A stretch of DNA of 63,952 nt, taken from Octopus bimaculoides. Taxonomy: Eukaryota. The stretch spans positions 122,765,211 to 122,829,162 of the forward strand of contig NC_068985.1 of the NCBI RefSeq assembly GCF_001194135.2, read 5' to 3'. This document shows positions 13,774 through 25,987 of the stretch, piece after piece. Each line of letters opens with the position of its first letter. Positions within the stretch are counted from its first letter, which is position 1. Made by a program: the position numbers and the translations under genes. The notes under the pieces were generated by a model, which saw nothing but the letters and a program-made list of their open reading frames with translations, was not told the origin of the DNA and did no database searches.

Positions 13774-13841
<68 letters not shown>
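13700..13841. repeat. Compound tetranucleotide array (ATCC)-(GTCC)-(GTCT)-(ATCT)
   Basis: Seen directly. Confidence 0.95.
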
Positions 13842-14539
13842 ATTTTTAGGGGAATATATCGACCCTAACTAATACTTATTTTTTTTAAAACTCTGGTACT
13901 TATTCTATAATTATTATTTTTTTTTTTTTGCCAAACAGCGATATAGTCGAAACGTCGAAATAACTATTAACANNNNNNNNNNNNNNNNNNNNNNNNNNNN
14001 NNNNNNNNNNNNNNNNNNNNNNNNNNNNNNNNNNNNNNNNNNNNNNNNNNNNNNNNNNNNNNNNNNNNNNNNNNNNNNNNNNNNNNNNNNNNNNNNNNNN
14101 NNNNNNNNNNNNNNNNNNNNNNNNNNNNNNNNNNNNNNNNNNNNNNNNNNNNNNNNNNNNNNNNNNNNNNNNNNNNNNNNNNNNNNNNNNNNNNNNNNNN
14201 NNNNNNNNNNNNNNNNNNNNNNNNNNNNNNNNNNNNNNNNNNNNNNNNNNNNNNNNNNNNNNNNNNNNNNNNNNNNNNNNNNNNNNNNNNNNNNNNNNNN
14301 NNNNNNNNNNNNNNNNNNNNNNNNNNNNNNNNNNNNNNNNNNNNNNNNNNNNNNNNNNNNNNNNNNNNNNNNNNNNNNNNNNNNNNNNNNNNNNNNNNNN
14401 NNNNNNNNNNNNNNNNNNNNNNNNNNNNNNNNNNNNNNNNNNNNNNNNNNNNNNNNNNNNNNNNNNNNNNNNNNNNNNNNNNNNNNNNNNNNNNNNNNNN
14501 NNNNNNNNNNNNNNNNNNNNNNNNNNNNNNNNNNNNNNN

Positions 14540-14583
<44 letters not shown>

Positions 14584-14697
14584 GGTTATTTTATGCAATG
14601 TAGCAGAATGTCAGCCTCTTAGATGCTGCTTGAGTCTTCCCGGTGAGCGCGTCCATGCCATAGGAACTGTCCTTTCTCGAAGAACAAATAAAACAAT

Positions 14698-14742
<45 letters not shown>

Positions 14743-14951
14743 AATACACATATGCATATAGATATACATATATGCATAGATACATGCATATATACATGCA
14801 CACACACATATCTGTCTATCTTCATATGTAAAATACACATATATACACACACAAATATACAAGCAACTTCCCTTGTGTATGCATGTATACATACAGACAG
14901 ACAGACATAAAATAAAACATACAAATCTGCACATATACTTACACGCATACT

Positions 14952-15066
14952 AAAATACCCCGTTGTTGATGTTGGAATTCCAATGAAGGAGCCTTGGATC
15001 TAGGTTAGAAACCGATTCTTTCTGTATTGGCAAAAAAATCTTGAAATAAACTGAATAATAACATAC
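14952..15066 (+). repeat. Dispersed ~110 bp repeat, second copy at 18471-18587; probable retroelement 3' end
   Basis: GTTGTTGATGTTG.AATTCCAATGAAGGA.CCTTGGATCTAGGTTAGAAACCG.TTCTTTCTGTATTGGCAAAAAATCTT.AAATAAACTGAATAAT occurs at both sites. Confidence 0.8.
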
Positions 15067-15121
15067 ATATACACACAAATGTATGTGTGCGTCACATTTA
15101 TATGTCTACACACATACCGCT

Positions 15122-15164
<43 letters not shown>

Positions 15165-15165
<1 letters not shown>

Positions 15166-15199
15166 TTCCCTTCCTACGATCCCTTTTGATCGACACCAC

Positions 15200-15253
<54 letters not shown>

Positions 15254-15338
15254 CCTTCCTTCCCCCTCCCAAAAAGAAAAGCTCTACATTGTATTTGTCC
15301 CATCTTCGTTGAGCCCTGTGTGGCTAATAAAAGAAATG
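15165..15338 (+). mobile_element. Short 3' end of a Tx1/L1-like LINE flanked by (TATC)n on both sides
   Basis: Nearly identical to the reverse complement of 44758-44888. It ends in CTAATAAAAGAAATG|TATC. Confidence 0.65.
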
Positions 15339-15373
<35 letters not shown>

Positions 15374-15392
15374 GTACCTGTCTGCCTGTCTC

Positions 15393-15475
<83 letters not shown>

Positions 15476-16309
15476 GTGTGTCTGCCTACCTGTCTGTTTG
15501 CCAGCCTACCTGCCTGCTTGTCTGTCTCGCTGTCTGTCTGTCTGTATGTCTGTCTGTATGTATGTCTGTCTGTATGTATGTCTGTCTGTATGTATGCCTG
15601 TCTGTATGTATGTCTGTCTGTATGTATGAATATTGACGTTCCCACAACGCTGAACCAATACAGGACAGCACTGAAATTTAGCTTCAACGTATAATTTCTT
15701 CTCCGTTTTCTATTACTGTTGGTTTTACAAATTTATCTTACCTATCCAACATTAAAGTAACTAACATTTTGTGAAGATTCTGCAATATTTCGTTATAAAG
15801 CCCAATGTATATTGAAATTGATGAGGATCTTTCATGTCCCAATGGATTTTATCTTTGTATTTGTAAAGGAATTCTTACAGAACGTGTTATCCATCCATTT
15901 TATGTAAAGGTCGTCCATTTGAATATGGCTTTATGAAGACATTTTGATTTTTGCAATAATGGCTTTTCAACTGAAAGTGTTCTTATAATGGTAAAGATTC
16001 CTATTTTCATGACGGATTGGTTCTGTCACAATCTAGCTAACATGCTAACAAAACCGAACACTCTCCGTCTTTATGTTCAGTTACATACAAACCTTTAAAA
16101 TATAATTACAAATCCTCCTCTATAAATGTATCTTTTTATACACCTATAGGGTAATATGTGGAATATTACGATTAAATCGTTGTTCTGATCCGATATTTCA
16201 CGGTTTGGCTAAGTTTCAACGTGTTATAAGTAGTACCTATTCACGGCGAATTTACTGCGACGCGAACTCGCAATGCTCTGCTTTTCTTCATAATTTTCTT
16301 TTCTTTTTT

Positions 16310-16517
16310 TTTCTTTTACTTGTTTCAGTCATTTGAGCACTACCTTAAAAGATTTTTTAGTAAAAAAAAAATCGACCTTAGGACTTATTCTGTGTAAGCC
16401 CAATAGTTATTCTGTTGGACCCTTTTGCCGAACCGCTATGTTACGAGGACTTAAACACACCCTCATCGGTTGTCAAGCGACGGTGGAGTGACAAACATAG
16501 ACAGAAAGACAGACAGA

Positions 16518-16580
<63 letters not shown>

Positions 16581-16751
16581 GTATATATATACGACGGGCA
16601 TCTTTCAATTTCCGTCTACCAAATCCACTCACAAGGCTTTGGTCGGCCTGAGGCTATAGTAGAAGACACTAGCTTAAGGTGCCACGCAGTGGGACTGGAC
16701 CCGGAATCATGTGTTTTGGAAGCAATTGCCTTACCACACAGCCACGCCTGT
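16310..16751 (-). mobile_element. SINE family B copy with internal (CA)n
   Basis: Reverse complement of the GGCGTGGCTGTGTGGTAAG...GGGTCCAGTCCCACTGCGTGGCACC head plus body. Confidence 0.85.
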
Positions 16752-17061
16752 CACTAATATTAATTGCAATTTTTGGCATAAGGCCAGAAATTTCCGGGGA
16801 CGGGATAAGGTAGATTACATTGACTCCAGTGCTCAAGTGGTATTTATTTTATCGACCCCGAGAAGATGAAAGGCAAAGTCGACCTCGGGGGAATTTGAAT
16901 TTGTCCATCACTGGAATTGTTAAATTCTGTAAAACTTTTCCGAAGTTTATCATTTAAATATATATGAACATGTCTAGATATGAAACTATATGCATGAAAA
17001 TACATACATAAAACATACATACATACATACATACATACATACATACATACATACATACATA

Positions 17062-18337
17062 CAGGGGTTGGACAAAATAAGGGAAACACCTAGCATCATA
17101 GCATCATAATTTTGAAATATCTATAAAACCGTCAAAAGCTTGTTTAATTTTGTTCTTTCTATTTATTATTAGTGTTGCTTAATATGTTTTGCTAAAATTG
17201 CTGTTTCTTTTCAGATATCACCAGAAAAAGGTAATTAAAATTCATTAAAATGACAGATCTGTCGGATTTTCAAAGAGGTCAAATTGTTGGTGCTCGTATG
17301 GCAGGCGCTAGCGTAAGGAAAACAGCCAAAATGTTTGGTATATCAAGAAGTACTGCCTCGAAAATAATGATTGCCTTTGAGAAAGAGGGTAAAACCTCCT
17401 CGTCGAAACAAAACTGAGGAAGAAAACGAAAACTTTCAGATAGAGACTGTCGGAATCTTACGCGACTTGTTAGAAAGGATCACAAAAGTACAGCTCCCAA
17501 AATTACTGCAGAGCTTAATGACCACCTCGAGAACCCAGTTTCCACAAAGACTCTTATGCGGCAGCTGCACGAAGTTGGATTTTCCGGGAGGGCTGCAATC
17601 AGAAAACCACTACTTTCAAAAACAAACTTTGCAAAGCGTTTAGAGTGGAGTGAAAACCTATAGAATTGGTCCCTAGAGCAGTGAAAGAATGTTATTTTCT
17701 CGGACGAGTCATCCTTTACCTTATTTCCGACCACCGGCCTAGTATAGGTGTGGCGACAACCAAAGGAAGCATTTGGTCCAGACCGCCTTCTTCAATCTGT
17801 TAAACATGGAGGAGGATCTGTGATGATCTGGAAGGGGTGGGGCTATATCTTGGAAATCCGCTAGCCCAATCGTTTATCTTCATGGCAGAATTAATAGTCG
17901 AGATTATTTAAGCATTTTATCTGATCAAATTCACCCTATGATTGTGGAACTGTTTCCGGAGGGAAACGCAATCTTTCAGGATGATAATGGACCAATTCAC
18001 ACAGCTAAAGTTGTTACTGAATAGCACAAGGAACATTCTAGTCAAGTTGAATATCTTATCTGGCCACCACAGTCCCCACATCTCAATATTATTGAACATT
18101 TATGGTGCATTTTAGAAAAATAAGTAAGGAGTCGATATCCTTCCCCATCATCACTACAAGAAATGGAGACTGTTTTAGCTGAAGAATGGACAAAAATTTC
18201 TTTCGAAACAATTCAAACTTTCTAAGAATCCATACCTCGTAGAACTGAGGGTGTAATTACTGCCAGACGTGGTCCTACCCAATATTAAAATAAATTTGTT
18301 TGAAATTTTAAGGTGTTTCCATTATTTTGTTGAACTC

Positions 18338-18340
<3 letters not shown>
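17062..18340 (+). mobile_element. Near-full-length Tc1-like DNA transposon with DD36E spacing
   Basis: Left TIR CAGGGGTTGGACAAAATAAGGGAAACACCT follows a TA. The right end is AGGTGTTTCCATTATTTTGTTGAACTCCTG. A decayed transposase lies inside. Confidence 0.95.
17250..18288 (+). pseudogene. Tc1-family transposase pseudogene
   Basis: MTDLSDFQRGQIVGARMAG...IFSDESSF...IFQDDNGPIH...WPPQSPHLNIIEHLW, with several in-frame stops and a frameshift. Confidence 0.93.
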
Positions 18341-18377
<37 letters not shown>

Positions 18378-18921
18378 NNNNNNNNNNNNNNNNNNNNNNN
18401 NNCACACGCACACGCACACACACACACACTCTCTCTCACACACACACACACAACACATACATACATACATAAAAAATATCCTGTTGTTGATGTTGAAATT
18501 CCAATGAAGGATCCTTGGATCTAGGTTAGAAACCGGTTCTTTCTGTATTGGCAAAAAATCTTCAAATAAACTGAATAATGACATGCATACACATACACGC
18601 ATGTATACATACATTTAAATAACATACATTCTGATGATACACCATTCGATCACATGGTTACGTGAAACGAAATATGTTCACTTACATAAAGTAGATTGAC
18701 TTTTCTCGGTGGAATGTACTTGCGTTTATATATTGCAAATCACGCATGGTCGTTGATTTTGCCCGATATTTTTCTCATTTCTTTATCGGTGTCATATAAT
18801 ATCATTTTTTCCTTTTGTTCGTAACATGAAAGATCTCCCACAGGAAAAGCAAAATTGAGAAAAATATGCGCATACTCAAAGCATGCAGACATAGGAAATT
18901 TGCACACACACACATATTCAA

Positions 18922-19016
<95 letters not shown>

Positions 19017-20280
19017 AACGCACATACGCACTCACATATCTAGAATAAACATCATATTTCTGAACATTATTGACTGGAACTCTACATTTAATTTATCTGC
19101 GGCATATATAATGACATAGCACATTAATCTACTTTTATACGCATACATGCACACACGTGAGCAAACATCTATTTGTAATGTGATAAGGAAGTACAACATC
19201 GTTGAATTTATTCCTGTGTTAGAAATATGTGGAGTCTGGTGTATATAACTGAGAAGTAGGATTGTAAACCCGAATTTGAGGTTCTAGAACGTCCAGTCTA
19301 ATTGCAACGACTGTAGTCGTCAGTCAATGCTTCTCAGACTTTGATAGATATTGCCCCTTTTCTTTACTACCACTTTCTCAATGCCCCCATTGTTGCGATT
19401 CAAAACTATACCATTTTAATGTACATTCATGCAATATTAGGCCAAAATTATTTAATCCAGAGTACCATTTTAATGCGAGTGGTTACTTATCACATCATCA
19501 TCTTAATATGATCCGAAGGATTGCTTTGGTATAATGGCAGAACGTCTGTAATGCTAATAAACGATGTGAGTTCGAATTCAACGCACAGCTTTGTCCCAAG
19601 GGTTGTTTTCATCCAATATTTACACGGTAATATTAATAACTTTATCTACTCCGAGTTCCATCGTTAAAAATGATTTATTTCATGTCTTTTGAAGTTTTTA
19701 AATCCTTGAGGGAGATAGATAAACACACCAACAGATAGACACACACACGTAGACATAGACACATATAGACGTAGACACATATAGACATAGACACATATAG
19801 ACATACATGCATAAATATGTATGTGTGCATGTGGGTATGTACGCATATATGAACGGTATTTTGTGTGTATTTCTGCATATAACGCGCACACAAATATAAG
19901 ATGGCGTTGCGAGCTGATCTAGGTATTATACGCACCATTTATCAAGAAGCGAGATATATTCTCCGTGACAAAACGCAGTAAGTAGCTTGTTCCCCAGTTC
20001 GAACGTGCATCAAGCATATTCGGACTGATAATAACATTGCAATTTCACTTATCACTGCTTAGCTCGCTCCCTCCGTAATCTTTATATATATATATATATA
20101 NNNNNNNNNNNNNNNNNNNNNNNNNNNNNNNNNNNNNNNNNNNNNNNNNNNNNNNNNNNNNNNNNNNNNNNTATACTCATACATACATACATACATTCAT
20201 ACACACACACATATATATACTCATATATACATACATACATACATACACACATACATACATTCATACGTACATGCATCCAT

Positions 20281-20314
<34 letters not shown>

Positions 20315-20320
20315 ATTAAT

Positions 20321-21598
20321 TAGGTCGTCAAGTATGAAATTTGTAGTAAGGCATATGGTAAACTTTGGCAGCTGCTCATTTGGCGCCATTATTATATTTT
20401 AACAATATTTTTTGTTAGAAAACTGACACATCTATTTCTTTATTATAATTCATTTTGCGCTTTATAAAGTATTTATAAATCGTTCTTTGCTATTTTTGTT
20501 TAGAGATGGATAAGTCGGAAATTCGTACTGTTTTGAAATATGAGTTCTTTTTTGGAAATACAGCATCACAGACAGCTCGGAATATTAAAGTAGTATTTCA
20601 TTCTAATGTCATTACACAGCAGGCAGTATCAAATTAGTTTGAAAAATTTCGTTCAGGTAACTTTGACTTCACAAATGAGCAACGTGGTCGACCGGAAACA
20701 AAAATGTGGATAATGACGAACTGAAAGCCACCGTCGAGTCAGATCCATCTCAAAGTACCTGTGAATTATCGTTGTTGTTTGGTGTTAGCAATGTTAGTAA
20801 GCAAATAATATTGACTCACCTACTTCAAATCAGAAATGTGAAAAAGCTGGATAAGTGGATTCCACATGAAATCAATGAAACAGCAACTTTTGGAAGCCTG
20901 CATTATGCTACTTTCTCGTCACAAAAATGAATCATTTTTGAATCGAATTGTAAAATGTGATGAGAAATGGATCCAATACAACAACCGTAAACGTTCAGCA
21001 CAATGGCTGGACAAAGACGAGCCACCACACAGTCCAAAACACAGTCCAAAAAGCAAAATTCATCAAAAGAAGCTGGGTGGTCTGGCGCAGGTGTGATCCA
21101 ATATGATTTCATTAAACCTGGCTCATCAATCACGGTCGAAGTATACTGCAGCCAACTGGACCAAATGATGCAGAAACTTACAAAAAACAGCCTAGATTAG
21201 TCAACAGATCCACTCCTATTTTATTACAAGACAACGCCAGACCACACATCGCAAAAGTGACATTGACGAAACTACAAGAGTTGAAGTTGGAAGTTCTCCA
21301 TCATCCACCATACTCACCTTATCTTGCCTCCACTAACAATCACTTCATCCAGAATTTGGATAAGTTTCTGAAAGCAAAAAAAATTTAATTCTGACGATGC
21401 TGTAAAACAGGCCTTCCAAGATTTTATTGACTCTAGATTGCCAGACTTTTACAGTTCCGGGCTGGACAAGCTACCGCTGAAATGGTAAAAGTGTATTGAC
21501 AATATAGATGCACACTCTGAAGAATAAAACTATTCTTTGTATTTATAAAACATTACCAAACTTTTTTCTTTTCTACAAATTTCATAATTGACGACCAA
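20321..21598 (+). mobile_element. Full-length mariner element with TIRs, decayed
   Basis: Left TIR GGTCGTCAAGTATGAAATTTGTAG pairs with right CTACAAATTTCATAATTGACGACC followed by AATA. It sits in a (TA)n context. Confidence 0.92.
20506..21527 (+). pseudogene. Mariner transposase pseudogene
   Basis: MDKSEIRTVLKYEF...LDKWIPHE...RIVKCDEKWIQYNNRKRS...LLQDNARPH...HHPPYSPYLAST, with stops and frameshifts. Confidence 0.92.
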
Positions 21599-22009
21599 TA
21601 TATATNNNNNNNNNNNNNNNNNNNNNNNNNNNNNNNNNNNNNNNNNNNNNNNNNNNNNNNNNNNNNNNNNNNNNNNNNNNNNNNNNNNNNNNNNNNNNNN
21701 NNNNNNNNNNNNNNNNNNNNNNNNNNNNNNNNNNNNNNNNNNNNNNTATATATATATATATATATGAAGAAAAGAAATGTAAGAGTCACAGAATGTTTGT
21801 ATAGTAAAATTTATGGTGATAGTAGAATCATATTACATCATTACACCATTACAAATTAAATAAGTACCGGTTTCACGATCAACAATTGTCAACTTATATA
21901 TATAGAAACCTTTTCTGCTGTCAACAGGACGCCATCCTAGAAAAAAGTGAACAGAGATGAAGCGATATGTCAAGGGGAGTAACTCTTATTTTTTCATGAA
22001 GCTCTTAAG

Positions 22010-22673
22010 TGTTTTTGGCAATGAAAGACTAAAACTTGCCAAATCTATCAACACCGAGACATTAAGAAATATCAAAGACATTAACAAATCTCTCCTTAAA
22101 ACACAACCCTACCTTTCCACATACAACCCCAGAAACAATGAAGCATCCAGCACAACCATACAAAACCTACCAAAGGACTCAAAACTAAAAAGAATTTTAC
22201 GTGACGTTAAAATTGTCAAAAGCAACAAACAATCTAAGTCATTCAAGAAACTGCTAACTAATGCAAAATTATTCCCCTCCACAACAAGCCTCAAAGTAAA
22301 AAAATGTAATTGCCCCAACTGTGGTACATGCCCCAACCTTTTGGAAGGGTCAGAATACTATTTTAAACAAGGGCAACACTTTACAATTAAATCAAATTTC
22401 ACTTTGACTTAGCTAGAAATTGACCGCTTTTCTTATATTTATGAGTTCAAAACTGTTAACCATATGTTCATACCTGCACCCATTGCATACCTACAGGTCG
22501 GTGGGTATCGGTATTGTGCATCGCTCGTATAGGAATACAAACTGTTATTTTTTTCACATCTCTCCTTGTTTCTCCCCTTGTTTCTTTCTGTGTTCCTTTC
22601 TGTGAAAGAGCGTAGGCTCGAAACGTTAAAGACCTTTTCAATTCCCGAGCGTTATACTAATACATCTGTTTGT
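22010..22673 (+). mobile_element. PLE 3' fragment: thumb/Cys-rich linker, most of the GIY-YIG deleted, then pLTR
   Basis: PYLSTYNPRNNEA...KSNKQSKSFKKLLTNAK...KVKKCNCPNCGTCPNLLEG is the PLE linker. The 3' repeat contains GAGCGTAGGCTCGAAACGTTA. Confidence 0.75.
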
Positions 22674-23217
22674 NNNNNNNNNNNNNNNNNNNNNNNNNNN
22701 NNNNNNNNNNNNNNNNNNNNNNNNNNNNNNNNNNNNNNNNNNNNNNNNNNNNNNNNNNNNNNNNNNNNNNNNNNNNNNNNNNNNNNNNNNNNNNNNNNNN
22801 NNNNNNNNNNNNNNNNNNNNNNNNNNNNNNNNNNNNNNNNNNNNNNNNNNNNNNNNNNNNNNNNNNNNNNNNNNNNNNNNNNNNNNNNNNNNNNNNNNNN
22901 NNNNNNNNNNNNNNNNNNNNNNNNNNNNNNNNNNNNNNNNNNNNNNNNNNNNNNNNNNNNNNNNNNNNNNNNNNNNNNNNNNNNNNNNNNNNNNNNNNNN
23001 NNNNNNNNNNNNNNNNNNNNNNNNNNNNNNNNNNNNNNNNNNNNNNNNNNNNNNNNNNNNNNNNNNNNNNNNNNNNNNNNNNNNNNNNNNNNNNNNNNNN
23101 NNNNNNNNNNNNNNNNNNNNNNNNNNNNNNNNNNNNNNNNNNNNNNNNNNNNNNNNNNNNNNNNNNNNNNNNNNNNNNNNNNNNNNNNNNNNNNNNNNNN
23201 NTATATATACATATATA

Positions 23218-23260
23218 CAGGGGTCGGACAAAATAATGAAAACATCTTAAAATTTCAAAC
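23218..23260. mobile_element. Solo terminal fragment of the Tc1 family found at 17062
   Basis: TA|CAGGGGTCGGACAAAATAATGAAAACATCTTAAAATTTCAAACAA matches the reverse complement of the right end of 17062-18340. Confidence 0.85.
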
Positions 23261-23760
23261 AACTGCTTCGGATCCTGCATGAACAACCCACCCCTTCCTG
23301 TGTCCTAGGGGCGCTAACCAGGATGCTCTTAATGTAAGGGGCGCAGTTAAACGGGACCCTAACGTTGTGCCTGTTGAATATGGGACCGTATCTATGGGAG
23401 CTAGTGAAACGCTTAATTATTAATTTAAAGAAGAATTTACGTACGGGTATTACTGTGTTTAGGGAGTAAGTGGGGGTAAACCAAATCGTATTTCTATGGT
23501 GCTTCCTTCTGCGGCTGTTGGGTTCCGGTATGTAGGAGATGCGGTCCCTAAATCTTTTGGCAGCTAGGGGCTCATTAGAGTAGGGGGTGGTGCATCGAAG
23601 GCTTCATTGGCTAGAGGAACGACTGGAAATCCACTTGCTGACGCCTTTTTCCAGACTCTTGAATATTATGGGTGTGTAACAGGAGGGTGTGTTTATGTAC
23701 GACAGCCTCCCATTTGGTTTTCTTTATTTTTTATCTATCAGTCTATCATACTCTGTGGCG
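23258..23760 (-). mobile_element. PLE RT-thumb/linker fragment, decayed
   Basis: The minus strand reads ...RRKHHRNTIWFTPTYSLN... and LIIKRFTSSHRYGPIFNRHNVRV...GGGCSCR, resembling the PLE RKRNIIWFNPP and IFNRHNV.VSYSC motifs. It is homologous at DNA level to 57857-57930. Confidence 0.7.
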
Positions 23761-23805
23761 TCTAGCCTGTATAAATTTTTTGTTTTATCAGAGAAGATCA
23801 GGGAC

Positions 23806-23851
<46 letters not shown>

Positions 23852-25987
23852 GTGCATGTATATGTAAATATNNNNNNNNNNNNNNNNNNNNNNNNNNNNN
23901 NNNNNNNNNNNNNNNNNNNNNNNNNNNNNNNNNNNNNNNNNNNNNNNNNNNNNNNNNNNNNNNNNNNNNNNNNNNNNNNNNNNNNNNNNNNNNNNNNNNN
24001 NNNNNNNNNNNNNNNNNNNNNNNNNNNNNNNNNNNNNNNNNNNNNNNNNNNNNNNNNNNNNNNNNNNNNNNNNNNNNNNNNNNNNNNNNNNNNNNNNNNN
24101 NNNNNNNNNNNNNNNNNNNNNNNNNNNNNNNNNNNNNNNNNNNNNNNNNNNNNNNNNNNNNNNNNNNNNNNNNNNNNNNNNNNNNNNNNNNNNNNNNNNN
24201 NNNNNNNNNNNNNNNNNNNNNNNNNNNNNNNNNNNNNNNNNNNNNNNNNNNNNNNNNNNNNNNNNNNNNNNNNNNNNNNNNNNNNNNNNNNNNNNNNNNN
24301 NNNNNNNNNNNNNNNNNNNNNNNNNNNNNNNNNNNNNNNNNNNNNNNNNNNNNNNNNNNNNNNNNNNNNNNNNNNNNNNNNNNNNNNNNNNNNTGTGTGT
24401 GTGTGTGTTTGTGCGTGTGCGTATTCGCTTTTCCCGCGTAAACGGCTGCTCGAATTGCTTCCATAATTGGGATGCATGAATAATTTGATTTCGGATACAT
24501 AATAGGCTCTTCAGTTTAATCTTTTTCTTTATAATTAAAAATAAATAATATTGCTTTATATATATGATTCACTTCTTTAAAAAGGTTTCTCAATGTCAAT
24601 TTCCAGTACTAACGTAGTAACAGCGAAATGTTTCGTTTTCATTTGCAAAATCTCTCACCCTCTATTTTTATGTTTTCGCTATTTGCAAAAAACCACGATA
24701 AATTAATGAAATAAATATTTACTAAGTTCACAAATTTAAACATTCGTTACAAGATAGTTTTTGACGTGCTTTTATTTATACAACTTTTCCATTTCATGTT
24801 TATTTCATTCATTGTTTGCAATGCTCTCCTTCCCACTTCTCTCTCACACACACAAGTCAGTCACATTTGTTCTTGTATGTGAATTTGTATATATTTATGT
24901 ATATTTGTGTGTGTGTGAGAGAGAGGGGGAGAGGGAGAAAGAGTGAACCAGACAAGGAGTGTGTTGTCATGTATACGTACATACATAAATACATATGCAT
25001 ACGTCTTTTTTGTATGTATGTGTGTGCGCGCGCGTGAGAGAGAGAGAGAGAGAGTGATGTCTAAGTGGCTCTCTCTCTCATATTCACATACACGCACACA
25101 TACGTACAAAAAAGATGTATGCATATTTATTTATGTATGTACGTATCCATGACAACACCCCCTCTCTTTCTCTTTGTCTCACACACACGTCCATTTCATC
25201 TGATGTTTGATATTGTGTATGTGTAGGTGCGTGCGTGGGGCGCTACACAGTCACCATTTATTTCAATCACTCTTGCGAAGATATTCAATTAACTCATTTT
25301 TTTCATTTAATCCTCATTTTAATTTTCGAAAAAGTTTCCGAGAACAATGTTCTCACTCTCTACAAGAGGAGACGGGGTGGATGTAGATGATCAGTATTCT
25401 GCAGTGAAACAAAGGTGAGTACAGATGGCCAGAGTCAATGTTGAATTCTGCAACTCTGTTAACTCTATTAAGTATGGTTGCAAATATACAAACAACGGTT
25501 TAGATGCTGCAAGATACACTCTTATGCAGAATAGCAGTCAACAGATACATAAAATGACGACGATGCACAGTATGACAAAGGAAGATGCATCAGTACCATC
25601 TTCAGTTTTCCCATTCATGAGAATTATCTCGCTATCATTCATCTGAGTGTCCATCTAGAGAATGGCCACAGGGTTATCCAGTCAAACCAACAGACGTCAT
25701 TTGATTTCAAACGAACACAATTCCCAGTGCGACTTTGCTTTGCAATGTCTATTAATAAAGCTCAAGGTGAGACTTTGAAATCTGCTGGCTTGCACTTAAT
25801 CGAGGCTTGCTTTTCTCATGGTCAACTTTATGTTCGTTGCTCCAGGGTTGATAGTTTGCAAGACTTATTTGTCTGCTCTAAACCAGAAAACAAAGCTCTT
25901 ACGTAATTTCCTTCAACATATGTGATAAGATTATCTCCCTTTATAAAAGTGGTAAATTTTGTATTTTCGTTTATTATTATTATTATT

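Noticed and set aside
20506-21527. Domesticated SETMAR-like gene
   Set aside because: It has stops and frameshifts, intact TIRs and no SET domain.
25425-25910. Host PIF1 helicase exon
   Set aside because: It is adjacent to Helitron Rep motifs, is decayed, and is followed by a Helitron 3' terminus.
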